Positions 18,000 to 19,879 of a stretch of 19,879 bases of DNA are shown here, one piece after another; position 1 is the first letter of the stretch; the number at the start of each line of letters is the position of its first letter. Origin of the DNA: Breznakia sp. PF5-3 (lineage in GTDB: Bacteria; Bacillota_I; Bacilli_A; Erysipelotrichales; Erysipelotrichaceae); assembly GCF_029504745.1 (NCBI RefSeq), contig NZ_JAQFIQ010000041.1, positions 1 to 19,879 of the forward strand. The letters are read 5' to 3'. The notes beneath the pieces are model-generated. The model was not told where the DNA came from. It saw only the letters and a program-made list of their open reading frames with translations, and made no database searches. The position numbers were made by a program, and so were the translations under genes.

Positions 18000-18530
18000 A
18001 TGGAAACATTAGATGCTATTGTACAACGTCAGTCTTGTCGTTCATATAAAGAGAATCAAATAGATGAAGAACAATTAACGAAGCTTTTATATGCTGCAAA
18101 TGCAGCACCAGTAGGAATGAAACGTTATGAGAATGTGAAAATTACAGTGATTCAAAATAAAGAAATTTTGAAGGATATTAATGATGCGTGTGAAAAAGTG
18201 TTTCAAAGGGGACAGAACGTTACTTATGATGCACCCACTTTGGTTTTAGTTTCAGTAAAAAAACCAGAAGATAAAGCAAATCCTTCAGCCCTTTGCAATG
18301 CAGCTTGTATGATTGAAAACATGGCAATTGCAGCAACTGATCTTGGTATTGGGAGTGTGTATCTATTAGGTTTGACAAGAGTTTTGATTGAGGATAAAGA
18401 ATTTTGTGATAAACTTCTCATCCCAGAAGACTTTATACCAGCTTCTGCTATTGCCCTTGGGTATCCAGAAGCAACATTTGCAATGCGTGAAGCAACTTTA
18501 GAAAATTATAAAATTGATTATTTAAGATAA
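18000..18530 (+). CDS. Nitroreductase-family oxidoreductase
   Basis: RBS AGGAGG. LDAIVQRQSCRSYK N-terminal FMN-contact motif; 176 aa; C-terminal ALGYPE pattern. Confidence 0.8.
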   Translation: METLDAIVQRQSCRSYKENQIDEEQLTKLLYAANAAPVGMKRYENVKITVIQNKEILKDINDACEKVFQRGQNVTYDAPTLVLVSVKKPEDKANPSALCNAACMIENMAIAATDLGIGSVYLLGLTRVLIEDKEFCDKLLIPEDFIPASAIALGYPEATFAMREATLENYKIDYLR

Positions 18531-18540
18531 GATGTAAAAG

Positions 18541-18580
18541 AAACCTTGTTAATTGGAAACCAATAACAGGGTTTTATATT
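18541..18580 (+). terminator. Probable terminator after the nitroreductase gene
   Basis: AAACCTTGTTAATTGG (18541-18556) pairs with CCAATAACAGGGTTT (18560-18574), about 15 bp with one bulge and one G-U. The T-run is short and partly inside the stem. Confidence 0.5.
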
Positions 18581-18645
18581 GTTTTAATAAGAAAATGAGA
18601 ATGAAATGAGTTAATTTATAGGAACGTGATTTTCTTATAGGCTAG

Positions 18646-18654
18646 TGATATAAT
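18646..18654 (+). promoter_or_regulatory. Candidate extended -10 (TGaTATAAT) for the kinase-like/DUF4430-like pair
   Basis: TG at 18646-18647 and TATAAT at 18649-18654, 25 nt before ATG 18680. The -35 is weak. Confidence 0.45.
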
Positions 18655-18679
18655 AAGAATGATGAAGGAGGGATCCATC

Positions 18680-19294
18680 ATGAGCAGAAAAGTGATTGTT
18701 ACAGTTTCAAGGGAATATGGTAGTGGAGGAAAGCGAATTGCTAAGGAATTAGCAAATAGGCTTAATATTCCTTACTACGACAAAGAAATTTTATCAGCTA
18801 TGAGTAAAGAAAGCGGTATTGATGAAGAACTTCATGAGCAAATGGATAATCAAGTTTCACAGGATGATTATTACTTTAATTTAGGGGTAGCAAAATTTGT
18901 AGCACCCAGTTCCGTTTTAGGAGAACTTTCTTTACTTGAGCGAATATACCAAACACAAAAAAAGGTTATTTGTGATTTGTCGAAAAATTCTTGTGTGATT
19001 GTAGGACGTTGCTCAGATTATATATTGAGAGATGATCCAGATGTTATTCATGTCTATATACGCGCAAATATAGAAGATAAAAAATATCGAGCAATTCATA
19101 GTTATGGCGAAAATGAAAATGCAATTGAAAATACTCTGGCAGATATGGATAAACGTCGTGCAAATTATTACAATTATTTTACAAATCAAATTTGGGGGAA
19201 AATATCAAATTATGATTTAGTTTTAAATACTTCAAAGCTTGGAACCCAAGAAGCTGTAGATGTTATAGAAAAATTTGTTGAGGTACGGAAATAG
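18680..19294 (+). CDS. Cytidylate-kinase-like family protein (Cytidylate_kin2-type, function unknown)
   Basis: RBS GAAGGAGGG 7 nt before ATG 18680. VTVSREYGSGGKRIAKELANRLNIPYYDKEIL is the signature N-terminus of this family, with an atypical P-loop (GSGGKR). Confidence 0.75.
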   Translation: MSRKVIVTVSREYGSGGKRIAKELANRLNIPYYDKEILSAMSKESGIDEELHEQMDNQVSQDDYYFNLGVAKFVAPSSVLGELSLLERIYQTQKKVICDLSKNSCVIVGRCSDYILRDDPDVIHVYIRANIEDKKYRAIHSYGENENAIENTLADMDKRRANYYNYFTNQIWGKISNYDLVLNTSKLGTQEAVDVIEKFVEVRK

Positions 19295-19295
19295 G

Positions 19296-19733
19296 ATGGA
19301 TAAAAATTATCGTAAAATTATAATTATGCTTATTTGTTCAGTTGTTATTGTTAGTGTAACATTGTTGTTTAATCATTTTACATCATCACGGCATGGGAAA
19401 GTAATTAGAATAACAATTCTTGATGATAAACAAAAAGTCATTTTTGATGAAGATGTAGAAACATCAAAGAGTGAATTAAGTGAATTGTTGAAAGAATTGG
19501 ATGGAAATAAGACAATCAAATTGAAATATGGCGGCGATGAATCAGGAATGAAAATTGTTGGTTTGGGAGAAGATAAACTGATTAATGAAAATGAAGCCCA
19601 AAAATTATATTGGCAGTATTCTTCTTCAAATAACGTACAATGTTTAGAAAACAAGGGATGTGGCCCCATTGAGAAAGTATTAATTGAAGATGGAGATGAA
19701 TTTACATTTCAATTGCAATATCAAGAAAAATAA
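19296..19733 (+). CDS. Small N-terminally membrane-anchored protein with a DUF4430-like (transcobalamin beta-domain-like) ectodomain
   Basis: ATG 19296 lies 1 nt after the upstream stop. TM segment IIIMLICSVVIVSVTLLF. The ectodomain pattern VIRITILDD...LKYGGDESGMKIVGLGE...YWQYSSSNN...IEDGDEFTFQL resembles the DUF4430 profile (xG.fv.sI.G...W.Y.vN....l.dGD.i.f.y). Recognised by eye only. Confidence 0.55.
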   Translation: MDKNYRKIIIMLICSVVIVSVTLLFNHFTSSRHGKVIRITILDDKQKVIFDEDVETSKSELSELLKELDGNKTIKLKYGGDESGMKIVGLGEDKLINENEAQKLYWQYSSSNNVQCLENKGCGPIEKVLIEDGDEFTFQLQYQEK

Positions 19734-19786
19734 AACTAAGAAATTTCTTTCAACTATTTTTTTACAATGATATATATCATTGTTCA

Positions 19787-19820
19787 GACTGTTGACAAAA
19801 GAAGTCAATGGTCTTTTTTT
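19787..19820 (+). terminator. Rho-independent terminator after the DUF4430-like gene
   Basis: GACTGTTGAC (19787-19796) pairs with GTCAATGGTC (19804-19813), 10 bp including two G-U pairs, followed by T7 (19814-19820). Confidence 0.75.
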
Positions 19821-19879
19821 ATAACAAGGTATATGATACAATCTATTAGGCAGGAAATTTCTCTATTTTAGTCGATAAA

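Noticed and set aside
19792-19797. Perfect TTGACA -35 hexamer
   Set aside because: It lies inside the terminator stem, and the nearest -10 (TACAAT 19837-19842) is 39 nt away, too far for a sigma-A promoter.

Overview
AT-rich (about one-third G+C by eye, not computed) chromosomal segment with Gram-positive/Bacillota signals: AGGAGG-type Shine-Dalgarno sites 5-9 nt before starts, TGn-extended -10 promoters and hairpin+T-run terminators. Order, + strand unless noted: 5' tip of an unidentified minus-strand gene with a structured leader; DbpA/YxiN-type DEAD-box helicase; a 229-aa protein matching only the C-terminal acetyltransferase half of GlmU; prs; a monocistronic RpiR/MurR regulator; minus strand, a 931-aa secreted GGAI/Pmp-type beta-helix surface protein with one Listeria-Bacteroides (Flg_new) repeat and a non-LPXTG C-terminal anchor. 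Operon 1 is a GH1 6-phospho-beta-glucosidase plus Lac/cellobiose-family PTS IIA, IIB and a IIC gene broken by a 1-nt frameshift. Operon 2 is a cytoplasmic GH38 alpha-mannosidase plus Fru-family PTS IIA, IIB, IIC and an MtlR/LicR/ManR-type PRD activator. Then come an Isf-like Fe-S flavoprotein with a nitroreductase, and a cytidylate-kinase-like protein coupled to a small membrane-anchored DUF4430-like protein. I saw no tRNA/rRNA, CRISPR array, transposase, integrase or phage gene. I do not see a clear novel multi-gene system such as a defence island; this is mostly housekeeping and carbohydrate-uptake DNA. The best leads are the domain-truncated GlmU that keeps glmU-prs synteny, the surface protein with its unusual anchor and leader, the frameshifted IIC, the GH38/PTS/PRD locus of unknown substrate, and the kinase-like/DUF4430-like pair. 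All family assignments come from motif recognition by eye; no database search was run.
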